64,000 nt of DNA, taken from positions 186,001-250,000 of the IMG/VR virus record IMGVR_UViG_3300023049_000005; one strand, written 5' to 3'. Shown here piece by piece: positions 10,004 through 19,722 of the stretch. The notes beneath the pieces are model-generated. The model saw only the letters and a list, made by a program, of their open reading frames with translations, ran no database searches and was not told the origin of the DNA. The stretch's first letter is position 1, and every line of letters begins with the position of its first letter. Both the position numbers and the translations under genes were made by a program.

Positions 10004-10650
10004 AAATACTAACTTATTACACAGACGAAAACAAAAAAATGTACAAAAATTTTTTCTTACGATCATTCAATGACGTACTGAGAAAAAGTTTTAAATTAGA
10101 TGCTAAGTATCTAAACGAACCATCAGAAGATATAATGATGGATAAAATTGAATATGTTATAGATAATATAGATGTTGGATCTAAGGATTTATTAATTTTC
10201 TCAAGCTGTGGATCACAGTTTTTTAGGGATTTCCATGAAGACATTGAAGAGGAATTAGAAAATAATAATATTTTATTCCAAGGTGATATCGTAGGCGCAT
10301 CATCTAACTTTTTTGTATGTAGACAGAATGAAGAAACATTAGAGTTTTTCAATACTGTCTTATTTATGATGAAAAAACACATGACTGATAAAAGATATAA
10401 AAGAAAACTTTCTGATCAAGATGTGATTAATATTATAATCAATAATGGGAATTCAACAGGTATTGGTATTCTCCCAAAGGATAAATATTATAACGTATCT
10501 GCTTCGACAGGAGATAAACAATGGGAAGCAGATAAAGACTTTGAAGTTCCTCCCTCTATTATGGTACATAATAGTAGTTGGAGTAATGACACTAAAGATA
10601 AGATCAGATTAATGCGAGTAGTAAAAAATAAAGTCCTTGGTATATTATGA
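10000..10650 (+). CDS. Nucleotide-diphospho-sugar transferase paralog lacking DxD
   Basis: Colinear with 12192..12872, but IFSSCGSQFF replaces VFADCDIQFF. Confidence 0.65.
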   Translation: MKILTYYTDENKKMYKNFFLRSFNDVLRKSFKLDAKYLNEPSEDIMMDKIEYVIDNIDVGSKDLLIFSSCGSQFFRDFHEDIEEELENNNILFQGDIVGASSNFFVCRQNEETLEFFNTVLFMMKKHMTDKRYKRKLSDQDVINIIINNGNSTGIGILPKDKYYNVSASTGDKQWEADKDFEVPPSIMVHNSSWSNDTKDKIRLMRVVKNKVLGIL

Positions 10651-11456
10651 AGATAGTAAAACCATTTCAATACGATTTCTGTCCATATATTAAGACAGAG
10701 GAAACTATATGTGAATTGATAGAAAGAGATATAAAGGATATCAATAATAATTATAACTTTATTTATATTCCATTGGCTCATCTGATTAACACAAAGGGTA
10801 TTATAGCAACAAATCAAATATTGGATTCTATCAATGTAGACAATAGAGTATTTGTGTGTCAACACATACAATGTAAGAATTTACAATTTAGGGATAGTGA
10901 TATTATCTTCACTCCACACTCTTCTAAGAACAGAAGGTTCATTTCTATTCCACATTACGCTGTTAATTTCGATAAATATTATGGAAAACATGATAAGTAT
11001 CTATTTTCTTTTATAGGATCTATAAACACACATATTAGTAGAAGCCAAATAGTACATAGGTATCCCACTTGTTTTGATTCTAAGAAACATTGGGGATTAG
11101 ATAAAGGATTACCCGAAGAATTCAAACGAAAATATATAGAAATGATAGGGGATAGTAAGTTTTCTATTTGCCCTAGAGGAACAGGTATTTCAAGTGTTAG
11201 ATTATTTGAGTCCATGGCAATGGGTACTATACCTGTTATCATAGCTGATAATTATGACCCACCATTAAGTGATAAGTTAAATTGGGGAGATTTTAGTGTT
11301 AGTATACGAGAGAATGAAATTCATAAAATAGAACATATATTAAAGAGCTATAGTGAAGAAAAAATAAAAGAAATGAGTATAAAGGTTTTAGATATATACT
11401 ATACTTATTTCTCTAATGATAATTTACACAAAGTGTTAATAGAAAAAATAAAATAG
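10647..11456 (+). CDS. Exostosin/GT47-family glycosyltransferase
   Basis: LFSFIGS, SKFSICPRGTG..SVRLFESMAMGTIPVIIAD, LNW motifs. Confidence 0.85.
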   Translation: MKIVKPFQYDFCPYIKTEETICELIERDIKDINNNYNFIYIPLAHLINTKGIIATNQILDSINVDNRVFVCQHIQCKNLQFRDSDIIFTPHSSKNRRFISIPHYAVNFDKYYGKHDKYLFSFIGSINTHISRSQIVHRYPTCFDSKKHWGLDKGLPEEFKRKYIEMIGDSKFSICPRGTGISSVRLFESMAMGTIPVIIADNYDPPLSDKLNWGDFSVSIRENEIHKIEHILKSYSEEKIKEMSIKVLDIYYTYFSNDNLHKVLIEKIK

Positions 11457-11460
11457 AAAT

Positions 11461-12195
11461 ATGTACGTAGATAATAACGGATTAAAAGAGTGGAGATTAG
11501 ATAATAGTTACGAAGATTACTCCATAGAAACATATAAAAACTTCGGAGTATCGAAAGATAGCATTAGATATTATTCTCAACAAGATGAAGATAAATATAT
11601 TATACAGAAGATACTTAAAGATAAAATAACAGATGGTGTTTTCTTAGAACTTGGAGCATGTGATGGTATTATGTATTCTAATACTAAGACATTAGAAGAT
11701 TATTTTGGTTTCAGTGGGATCTTAATAGAACCAATAGGTCATTTTTATAATCGGCTTATTTCAAATAGACCTAATTGTGAACATCATAATTGTGTTGTTT
11801 CTACACAAGAGGGTGAGATAACGTTTGTTGGATCAGACGCAGAAGGTGGTATCAAAGAATTTATAAAAAATGGATTTAATAAAATAGAAACCACCGTAAA
11901 AAGTAGACAATTAAAAAACATTTTAAAGGAATCTCAATATAACTATATTGATATATTTATATTGGATGTAGAGGGAGCAGAATTAGATGTATTACAGTCT
12001 ATTGATTTTGATGAAATAGACATATATTGTATAATATCAGAAGCACATTCAGATGAAACAGAAAAAAATAATTTAGTAATATCCTTCTTAGAAGGAAAGG
12101 GATTTCAATTCTTCGAAAGACAAAGAGGGAATAACGTATTTCTCAGAAAGGATTCTAACAGAGCAAAATATTTTAAAAATAATTTATACACATGA
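11461..12195 (+). CDS. FkbM-family SAM methyltransferase
   Basis: YYSQQDED, FLELGACDG..SNT, GILIEP, LDVEGAE. Confidence 0.85.
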   Translation: MYVDNNGLKEWRLDNSYEDYSIETYKNFGVSKDSIRYYSQQDEDKYIIQKILKDKITDGVFLELGACDGIMYSNTKTLEDYFGFSGILIEPIGHFYNRLISNRPNCEHHNCVVSTQEGEITFVGSDAEGGIKEFIKNGFNKIETTVKSRQLKNILKESQYNYIDIFILDVEGAELDVLQSIDFDEIDIYCIISEAHSDETEKNNLVISFLEGKGFQFFERQRGNNVFLRKDSNRAKYFKNNLYT

Positions 12196-12872
12196 AATTA
12201 CTTACATTTTACAGCGATAGTCACAAAGACCTTTATGAAACTTTCTTTTTAGATAGTTTTAATAAATACTTAAAAAATAGCTTTAATTTAAAGGCAAAAC
12301 ATATTGATCAACTAAGCCCAAGTGGTGATTATGGTTCAGAGGGATTTGCCGATACTATGTTCGAGAAAATAAATCACGTAATAGATAATATTGATCTTAA
12401 TGATAACGAACCAATGGTTTTTGCTGATTGTGATATTCAATTTTTTGAAGACTTTTCTGAAACAATCAAAGCAGATCTAGGAGATAACAATATAATGTTC
12501 CAAGACGATGTTGCTTGTGTGTGCGCAGGTTTTTTCGTATGTAGACAGAATCAATTAGTATTAGACTTCTTCAATGATGTGAGAAACACGTTAGATACGG
12601 CTAGAGAGAGAAAGATAGATGATCAACAAGTGATTAATCAGTTTTTAAGTGCGAATAAGTACCCTAATCATAAAATAGGGAAATTATCGAGAGATAAGTA
12701 TTTTACTGTAGCTGCCTCGAATTTAGGTCCTCGCAGATGGGTGGGTGCTGAGTTTAACATACCTGAGCAAATATTGGTTCATCACGGAAATTGGACAGTT
12801 GGTTTAGAAAACAAATTTAAAATTATGAACTATGTTAAAGACATAGTAGAAAAAAGAAAAGAAACAGTATGA
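12192..12872 (+). CDS. Nucleotide-diphospho-sugar transferase (GT77-like)
   Basis: FADCD DxD, CAGFF, DDQQVIN, HHGNW..G...K motifs. Confidence 0.75.
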   Translation: MKLLTFYSDSHKDLYETFFLDSFNKYLKNSFNLKAKHIDQLSPSGDYGSEGFADTMFEKINHVIDNIDLNDNEPMVFADCDIQFFEDFSETIKADLGDNNIMFQDDVACVCAGFFVCRQNQLVLDFFNDVRNTLDTARERKIDDQQVINQFLSANKYPNHKIGKLSRDKYFTVAASNLGPRRWVGAEFNIPEQILVHHGNWTVGLENKFKIMNYVKDIVEKRKETV

Positions 12873-13462
12873 ATATTAAAATGCTAGGAAGTGATTATGG
12901 TGGATGGGTAGTAGATGTAGACTCTATCAACGAAGGCGATACTATAATCGGTGGTGGTGTCGGAGAAGATATCACATTTGAGGAAAGTTTATTAGAACAA
13001 AGAACAGTTAATATCATAGCAGTAGATCCTACAATCAAAAGTCATAAATTTTTAGAAAATAAAAACAATTCTAATGTCGAGTTAATTAAAAAAGCAATAG
13101 AGCAAGAAGGTCACGGAACAGTTACTATTTACAAGAACACTAACCCTAATTATGTTTCTGAGTCAGTATCTAATACACATGCTATGGTTGGCGGTGATAG
13201 TTATGAAGCCGAAACTATATCGATTAAAGAACTTAGGGAACTATATAACCCCTCTCTTATAAAAATAGATATTGAAGGTAGTGAGTATAACGTATATAGA
13301 GAGTGTATAGGCGTTAAACAAGTTTGTATCGAGTTCCACCATCATTGTATGACAGATAAGAGCTTAGATGATACCAAATCAGTTATCAAAGAGTTCGAGG
13401 ATAATGGGTACACTGTAATAGATAATAGAAACTATATAGAATTAACCTTCTTAAAAAAATAA
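12869..13462 (+). CDS. FkbM-family SAM methyltransferase
   Basis: GSDYGGW, GVGEDITFE, VDPT, KIDIEGSEY, QVCIEFH. Confidence 0.85.
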   Translation: MNIKMLGSDYGGWVVDVDSINEGDTIIGGGVGEDITFEESLLEQRTVNIIAVDPTIKSHKFLENKNNSNVELIKKAIEQEGHGTVTIYKNTNPNYVSESVSNTHAMVGGDSYEAETISIKELRELYNPSLIKIDIEGSEYNVYRECIGVKQVCIEFHHHCMTDKSLDDTKSVIKEFEDNGYTVIDNRNYIELTFLKK

Positions 13463-13471
13463 TCAAAAGAA

Positions 13472-14200
13472 ATGGAAAGATTTACTAAAGAAATAATGTT
13501 ATCACATATAGAAGAATTTAAAAAACTATATGATCAAAGACCAATAGACAATAATCAAGGAGGTATGAACTCTTCTCATATGTTACCGTTATATGTATAC
13601 TTAAAAGAAATTAAGCCTAAGTTAGTTATAGAGAGTGGCATTTGGAAAGGACAAGGGACTTGGTTAATAGAAAATAGTTGCGATGCTAAAATTATTTCAA
13701 TAGATCCGAATCTAGGAGTAAGAAAATATATTAGTAATAAGGTAATATATTTATCTACTGATCTAACAACACATAATTGGGGAGAAATATTAAAGGAGCA
13801 TGGTGTCGAACCAAGTGATGTATTAGTTTTCTTAGACGATCATCAAGACTTTGATAAAAGAATAGATTTTTTAAAAGAAAATAATTTAGTGAATATCATA
13901 CATGAAGATAATTATCCTGTTTTACGTGGAGATTGTATAAGTCCTAAAACATTACTAGATCAGAATTCTAATCTATCTACCGACCAAATAGAACACGCTA
14001 AAGAGAATATAGAAGTATATGAAGAAATTAGACCTATATTTAAAAGTAGTACAACTAGATGGGGGGATGCTTGGGATGAAGAAAATTATGCGACAAAAGA
14101 TCCTTTGTTCGAAGAAAGTGATAAAGAAAAATACCCTTTATTCTACGAAGAGCATAAAGGGTATACTTGGATTGCTAATGTTATTTTGAAGAAGGGTTAA
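13472..14200 (+). CDS. Class I SAM methyltransferase-like protein
   Basis: NQGGM, VIESGIWKGQGTW, ISIDP, FLDDHQ, EDNY. Confidence 0.6.
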   Translation: MERFTKEIMLSHIEEFKKLYDQRPIDNNQGGMNSSHMLPLYVYLKEIKPKLVIESGIWKGQGTWLIENSCDAKIISIDPNLGVRKYISNKVIYLSTDLTTHNWGEILKEHGVEPSDVLVFLDDHQDFDKRIDFLKENNLVNIIHEDNYPVLRGDCISPKTLLDQNSNLSTDQIEHAKENIEVYEEIRPIFKSSTTRWGDAWDEENYATKDPLFEESDKEKYPLFYEEHKGYTWIANVILKKG

Positions 14201-14697
14201 ATCCTTACAATAAAATCAAACCCTTCTTCTTTAGAAGGTGGTGTATATCTTTTAATCATATCTTCGATAACGTTTTCGGGAATATATTTGTTTTCTGTTT
14301 TCTCTCTTATCGAATTTCTTTTGAAGAGTTCTTCTTTATCAAAGACATCCATGATAAGTGCTATTTTAATATGATTAGGAAAATGACTCATATGATACTT
14401 TCTTCTTTTCTTACCCATATGTGTCATATCGAGAATGATATTTTCATCAGTTTTTCCAAATTCTCTCATAGTGTCTATTAACCTAAGGTCAGCTTCCTTT
14501 TGGTCAATTGTTTTAAATGCGTCTTGATACGAAAGACCTTCTCCTAATGATTCAACAATAGCATCTCGTGATATTGTTGTACAATTTTCACCGATTTCTT
14601 TAATGATGGTAGATTTACCCGATAAGGGAGGACCTACCATAAGAACTAGGTTACTTTCTGTGGTATCTAATCTCTTTTTTAACTCTTTTTTATCCAT
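14197..14697 (-). CDS. P-loop kinase (AAA_33 / polynucleotide kinase-like)
   Basis: Walker A GPPLSGKST, ISRD, ILDMT, P...EGF C-terminus. Confidence 0.85.
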   Translation of the reverse strand: MDKKELKKRLDTTESNLVLMVGPPLSGKSTIIKEIGENCTTISRDAIVESLGEGLSYQDAFKTIDQKEADLRLIDTMREFGKTDENIILDMTHMGKKRRKYHMSHFPNHIKIALIMDVFDKEELFKRNSIREKTENKYIPENVIEDMIKRYTPPSKEEGFDFIVRI

Positions 14698-14701
14698 CTC
14701 G

Positions 14702-14709
14702 CAAATATA
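14702..14709 (-). promoter_or_regulatory. Bacteroidota-type -7 promoter element TATATTTG
   Basis: TAnnTTTG 5 nt upstream of ATG 14697. Confidence 0.55.
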
Positions 14710-14733
14710 CTAAAAATAAGTACTATGTATAGT

Positions 14734-14759
14734 AAACTTTATAATATATATGAATATAA
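14734..14759 (+). promoter_or_regulatory. Candidate middle-type promoter AAAC-N17-TATAA
   Basis: Exact 17-nt spacing upstream of PPIase gene. Confidence 0.5.
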
Positions 14760-14780
14760 CTTAAAAATAATAATATTACT

Positions 14781-15233
14781 ATGAGTTATAAAGTACAAGA
14801 AGGCGATGTAGTTACAGTACACTACGTTGGATCATTAGACGATGGAAGCGAATTTGATAATAGTTATCAAACTCAAAACCCACTAACTTTTACAGTCGGT
14901 GAAAAAAAATTAATACCAGGTTTTGAAAATGCGGTATTAGAGAGAGAAAAAGGTGAAGAAGTTACCGTAAAGATTCCTAAAGAGGAAGCATATGGTGAAT
15001 ATTCTGAAAAAAATATACACGAGATTCCTAACGAGCAAATCAGTTTACCTGAGAATGCATCAGCAGGGGCGAGTATTGAAGGAACTGCTCCAAACGGAGA
15101 AAGATTTATTTGTAAAATAGTTTCAGTCAATGAATCAACTGTTACATTAGATCTTAATAGCCCATTAGCAGGTAAAGACCTAAGCTTTAAAATCGAAATC
15201 GTTGATGTTAAAGAAAAAGAAAGTGCTGAGTAA
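14781..15233 (+). CDS. FKBP-type peptidyl-prolyl isomerase (SlyD/FkpB-like)
   Basis: VTVHYVG.L.DG.EFDNS, LIPGFE, EEAYG, DLNSPLAGKDL.F. Confidence 0.92.
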   Translation: MSYKVQEGDVVTVHYVGSLDDGSEFDNSYQTQNPLTFTVGEKKLIPGFENAVLEREKGEEVTVKIPKEEAYGEYSEKNIHEIPNEQISLPENASAGASIEGTAPNGERFICKIVSVNESTVTLDLNSPLAGKDLSFKIEIVDVKEKESAE

Positions 15234-15249
15234 AAATAAAGTTTAAACT

Positions 15250-15723
15250 TTGAACTTACTTAAAGTATTTAGTTATCTAAGAAATACAAAAAATGACCAC
15301 TTTTTATTTTTCACATTAGAGAATTATAAAATATATAAATGGTTTATAAAAATCCTAGTTTTTTTTAATAAGGATTATATATCATGCACTATTTTTAGAA
15401 AACAGCACAAGTATTATAAAAATGTAGTTATAGTAGGGCTTAAATATTACGGCAGAAACGTGAAACGAAGAACCAACGGATTTGCCAAAATGTTCTTAGA
15501 AGAATTTCCTGATAAGAACTGCCCTTACTGTAATTCCAAACTTACTAAAGAAAACATTACTGCGGATCACATAATACCCGTAAGTAAAGGTGGGAATAAT
15601 AGTAAACTAAATCTCTTAGCTTGTTGTAAAAGTTGTAATGAAGAAAGAGGGGATTTAGATTTTTATCGTTACCTTTATCTCAAACAACCCAAATTTAAGA
15701 AAATCAAATTCCCTTTTATATAG
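15250..15723 (+). CDS. HNH endonuclease family protein
   Basis: CPYC...TADHIIPVSKGG.N...NL..CC.SCN..RG. Confidence 0.85.
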   Translation: MNLLKVFSYLRNTKNDHFLFFTLENYKIYKWFIKILVFFNKDYISCTIFRKQHKYYKNVVIVGLKYYGRNVKRRTNGFAKMFLEEFPDKNCPYCNSKLTKENITADHIIPVSKGGNNSKLNLLACCKSCNEERGDLDFYRYLYLKQPKFKKIKFPFI

Positions 15724-16014
15724 ATGAATAACGATCTAATCACGGTAAGAAAAATTATAGATAATCTAGATGATTATAAAATTTACACTACCTATGAAGA
15801 TCTTGTAATCATAGAAATAGACGGTGTTACAATATACTATATATCTGTTAAAGATTTTAATATAAAGGATTTAACAGCTTCTATGGTTAAATGTGCTAGG
15901 GTATTAAAACAAAGGGGTATACAAGACAGGTATGTAAAATACAGAACCACTCTACTAAAGCTTTTTTTGCCATATAGAAGGGATGAAATAATTGATGATA
16001 TATTAGAAAATTAG
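15724..16014 (+). CDS. Hypothetical protein with C-terminal RDxxIxxIL tag
   Basis: Ends RRDEIIDDILEN. Confidence 0.75.
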   Translation: MNNDLITVRKIIDNLDDYKIYTTYEDLVIIEIDGVTIYYISVKDFNIKDLTASMVKCARVLKQRGIQDRYVKYRTTLLKLFLPYRRDEIIDDILEN

Positions 16015-17672
16015 CTATTTATATTTTGTAAGATTCCATCTTTATCATCATCAGTAAGATTATTTATTTGTTCTCTTGCTGTATTGAAATCTTGGAAAGT
16101 CAGTAAAGTATAACTAAATTGATTACCGTATCTCTGATTATGTGTTTCTAGTAAATTTATAAATGAAGTCAAACCATTGCTATTCGAAAATACTTGACTA
16201 CCCTCACTCCAATTGTTTACGTCAATTCCTCCTGGGTATCCACGGTGAATATGCATACCAAACTCTCCTTCTTCTTCGAACGAATAAGTAATTCTATTAC
16301 TATCCCAATTATTATCTCTGTAAACAATTTGTTTCCCCACACTTTTCAACGCCTTGGTTTTTAAGGGTCCTTTAACGGGGAAGAATCCTAATCTATAAGA
16401 ATTTATATATTGAGCAGGTTGTAATATACCAAGACCTGTTCTGCCTACATATTTAGAATATTTTTTCATACTTATTGTTTGTCCTATGATACTAGGATCT
16501 ACCTTTTCGGTAAATTTTTTATATTCTTGTTGGGTTATTTTTATTGACGTACCAGGCATAGTAGATATCTTAAAATTCTTAATTCTCCATCGACCATCAT
16601 TATCAACATAAAACACAAATAATTTATCTGAGAATTTATTCGTGTATTGATCACCACTTTCTTGGAATCTAACACCTACTATATTCATTTTATTGGGTTC
16701 GTTATAAATAACGTATCCATTATTTATTAAACTCTGTACTAAGATGTAAACATCTTCATTTACTTCCCCGAATTCAGGAAGTTCTATTTCTTTATTAGGA
16801 TCGTTAATACCACCGTCAACTGTAGCCCCCTTTAATTCTTCTGAGGTAGTCAATTGACCATCAGGTGTGGTTTCTTTCGTTCCGTCTTTTGCTTCGTATC
16901 CTGTTGGTATATTCTCTTTAGTTAAGTTATTATCTTCTGTTGTGCTTCTCCACTTATCCCCCCTTTGTGAAATGTTAACTCTTGTTAGGTTATCAACATA
17001 TCCATTATCATTAAAATTTACGTTATGACTTAAAAACTTAGGGACTTTAAGTGCTTTATATTGTAAGATGTGTGATATGAAACCAGGGTGGGGAACAACG
17101 GGAGCTAAGAGGTTTCCGAAGAACGGTCCACCGAATTGACCTAGTAAATGATCCACAAACACATCAAACCAATCTAAGAAATTATTACCAAGAATGGCTT
17201 GTTGACTTGCATCTGCTGTGCCTATATTAACAGAACCAAAATTATCTTTAAGACCTAAATTAATACTATCTTCTGTGATATTAAATAAATTGAATTTATG
17301 ATCAATTTTCATTCCCTCAGACTCATTACTATACATCTGTGTAACATGATCAAATAATAAACTTTTCATCGATTCATAATCATCATCGGATAACGAACTT
17401 AATTTTTCTTGTAAATTAGGATTATAGTGTTCAGCATATCGGTATATAGGGTTGTATATATCACCGTTTTCAAACTCAACGGAAACCACTTTACCATTTT
17501 CGGGTAAATTACAATACTCTCCGTTATTGTCTTTGAATGGAACAGCCCAAGGTAGATCTTCAATAGCTAACCCATCAAATACATTAACTACTCTAATTCT
17601 ACATTTGTTTTCTCTATCGGGGTCTTTATTATCCTCAACTATCCCTAAAAATTTTTTACTGAAATCCTTCAT
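16011..17672 (-). CDS. Baseplate central spike protein (gp5-like OB fold) fused to a YkuD/L,D-transpeptidase-like C-terminal domain
   Basis: FLGIVEDNKDP...CRIRV...LPWAVP gp5 N-terminus; C-terminal NIVGVR, VYRDNN, GMHIHRG...NWSEGSQV. Confidence 0.7.
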   Translation of the reverse strand: MKDFSKKFLGIVEDNKDPDRENKCRIRVVNVFDGLAIEDLPWAVPFKDNNGEYCNLPENGKVVSVEFENGDIYNPIYRYAEHYNPNLQEKLSSLSDDDYESMKSLLFDHVTQMYSNESEGMKIDHKFNLFNITEDSINLGLKDNFGSVNIGTADASQQAILGNNFLDWFDVFVDHLLGQFGGPFFGNLLAPVVPHPGFISHILQYKALKVPKFLSHNVNFNDNGYVDNLTRVNISQRGDKWRSTTEDNNLTKENIPTGYEAKDGTKETTPDGQLTTSEELKGATVDGGINDPNKEIELPEFGEVNEDVYILVQSLINNGYVIYNEPNKMNIVGVRFQESGDQYTNKFSDKLFVFYVDNDGRWRIKNFKISTMPGTSIKITQQEYKKFTEKVDPSIIGQTISMKKYSKYVGRTGLGILQPAQYINSYRLGFFPVKGPLKTKALKSVGKQIVYRDNNWDSNRITYSFEEEGEFGMHIHRGYPGGIDVNNWSEGSQVFSNSNGLTSFINLLETHNQRYGNQFSYTLLTFQDFNTAREQINNLTDDDKDGILQNINS

Positions 17673-17680
17673 ATATGTAT

Positions 17681-17689
17681 TATATATTA
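17681..17689 (-). promoter_or_regulatory. Candidate late promoter TAATATATA
   Basis: 8 nt upstream of gp5-like start codon. Confidence 0.55.
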
Positions 17690-17727
17690 TTAGTATATTT
17701 GCTCATAGGTAAATAAAAATATAAGTT

Positions 17728-17888
17728 ATGGCTGATATTGTAAAATGTAATTGTTGTGATGGAGATGGTGGACATGAATACCTAATAAGTATACATGATG
17801 ACGTTACAGGTTGGACAAAGTGTACTAACTGTCTATAGCCCAAATGACAGAAGACGAAGAAAGAGATTATCGTGAAAACGATTGGTAA
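17728..17888 (+). pseudogene. Broken small CxxCxGxG zinc-finger gene (two out-of-frame fragments)
   Basis: MADIVKCNCCDGDGG...CTNCL* (17728-17838), then MTEDEERDYRENDW* in another frame (17844-17888); TATATTTG at 17694-17701. Confidence 0.45.
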
Positions 17889-17890
17889 AT

Positions 17891-19624
17891 TTATTTCTTA
17901 TATACGTTCGGTATAGTTTGTGAACCATTACTACTCAATGAACTGTTTCTGTTACTACCTGCTTCGAAGCCTTTAAGCTTTTGTGCGCCACGGTTGGCTG
18001 CATCAAATATAGAATTTTCAGCACCCTTAGATAATTGAGATAAATAACTCGCACCTCCACTAAGAGCCGTACTTAACCCTAAGTTTGAGAAATCTCCTAC
18101 TTTATCTAATACAAATTGACCAAGGTTTGTTCCTTGATATACGTTAGTAGGTGATGATATATTTCTTAATCCTGTTCTTTCTCTTATCTTAGAAGTAAGA
18201 CCTGATATTAACTGTGATCTAGCCTCTATAAATCTCGTTTGTAATTGTTGATTAGCTCTGTCGATAATAGTATTTACACCTCTTCTGAAATTAGTTTGCT
18301 GTGCTTCTATTCTTTCTTTAGCATTTCTTAGATCAATAACATCTCTACTATATTTTGGGTTTAACATAGGGAAATCAAACTCATATTGTCTTGGGTTATC
18401 AACACTATTATTAAATGTATTCATTTGAAATTTAAAATCAATAACCCTCTTAGGGAATTTATCAGCATTCGGTGCATCGGTTTGTTTATTAGCATCACTA
18501 TCAGGATCAGGATTAAGTTGATTTGTCGTAGGGTCTATTCGTTGGTTATTAATATATTTACCTTCATCTAAGAACGCCTGTGATGGATCAACAGAACCTG
18601 GATGAAAATTAAATTTCTCCATCTCGAACCCAACATATTTGTAATAAATATCCATATTAATTCCACTAGAAACCTCAGGTGCGCCTGCGCCAAAGCCTGC
18701 TTGTGTTATATTATTACCAAAACTGTAACTATTGAAATCAAATTGACAATCATATAAAGTATAGATATATCTATTTACGTTATCTTTAAAAACACGGATG
18801 GTTTCTTGATCAGAATCAGATGATATTTTAGCAGCAGCATTAGATACCCTATTGAAATTCCTAACCTCACTTATTATAACCGCCATATCAAATCGTAATA
18901 AGTTTTCAGGAATAACTTGTCTACCTGTACTCTTATCATAAATAAGATTTCTATATGTTCCTGCTAAATAACCTGAATTTAATCCAACATCTTCACTTAA
19001 ATTAATAGTTAATTTGTCTTTACCGAAATCAGCCATTTGCCTTCCACCCTCATCTCCTATGCCTGTGTGGTGAATCAATTTTTCTAAGTTCTCAACGCTA
19101 TTAATATAATGTGTTTTGAAACTATTGAATCTATTGTCTGTTCTAAAAATCCCTCTTGTTCTATCATCTACATTGAAAAACTTCGCAAATTGACTTACGA
19201 AGTCGTCATATAAATTTTGTCTATTACTCACGTGCTTTAAACTATTCTCTACACCAAATGTAAAAAAATCATCCATGTCGTTAAAAAGAGAAGATTCATT
19301 TAGTATAACAAGGTCAAATCCTAATATTGTTGGATCTTCGTCTAAATTCAATAAAGCATTATCTGTTGAACTATTATTTAAATTACTTCTTAATCCTGTT
19401 TCTAATCCATATTTAAAATTAAAGGTATCTCTATCTTTAAAGTAATCTCTTAAAACATATTCTGAGTTAAATCTTTGAAACCCATTACTCGATACACTAT
19501 TACTCTTAGAACTACCACTGAAATTTTCAGGGATCTGTGTTCTTTGATCTCTACCTATTCCCGTTGAAGGTGGTTGTATGGGTAAATTACTTAAGGCATC
19601 ATTTATAAATTTTGGGATTAACAT
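17891..19624 (-). CDS. Putative virion structural protein (baseplate/tail associated)
   Basis: 577 aa, next to gp5-like gene, TAATATATA upstream at 19646-19654, N/S/G-rich. Confidence 0.55.
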   Translation of the reverse strand: MLIPKFINDALSNLPIQPPSTGIGRDQRTQIPENFSGSSKSNSVSSNGFQRFNSEYVLRDYFKDRDTFNFKYGLETGLRSNLNNSSTDNALLNLDEDPTILGFDLVILNESSLFNDMDDFFTFGVENSLKHVSNRQNLYDDFVSQFAKFFNVDDRTRGIFRTDNRFNSFKTHYINSVENLEKLIHHTGIGDEGGRQMADFGKDKLTINLSEDVGLNSGYLAGTYRNLIYDKSTGRQVIPENLLRFDMAVIISEVRNFNRVSNAAAKISSDSDQETIRVFKDNVNRYIYTLYDCQFDFNSYSFGNNITQAGFGAGAPEVSSGINMDIYYKYVGFEMEKFNFHPGSVDPSQAFLDEGKYINNQRIDPTTNQLNPDPDSDANKQTDAPNADKFPKRVIDFKFQMNTFNNSVDNPRQYEFDFPMLNPKYSRDVIDLRNAKERIEAQQTNFRRGVNTIIDRANQQLQTRFIEARSQLISGLTSKIRERTGLRNISSPTNVYQGTNLGQFVLDKVGDFSNLGLSTALSGGASYLSQLSKGAENSIFDAANRGAQKLKGFEAGSNRNSSLSSNGSQTIPNVYKK

Positions 19625-19692
19625 CAGTGTTTATATGGTTTAATATATATATTAAAGCACTTTAATTACCATTGAATAAGTAGAATTATATT

Positions 19693-19701
19693 TAATATAT
19701 A
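19693..19701 (+). promoter_or_regulatory. Candidate late promoter TAATATATA
   Basis: Upstream of tail-fibre-like gene; a divergent copy at 19646-19654 serves the - strand gene. Confidence 0.55.
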
Positions 19702-19722
19702 GGTTAAACATAATTTAACTAT

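Noticed and set aside
15250-15723. HNH gene as part of a mobile intron
   Set aside because: It does not interrupt a gene and there is no flanking non-coding space for intron structure.
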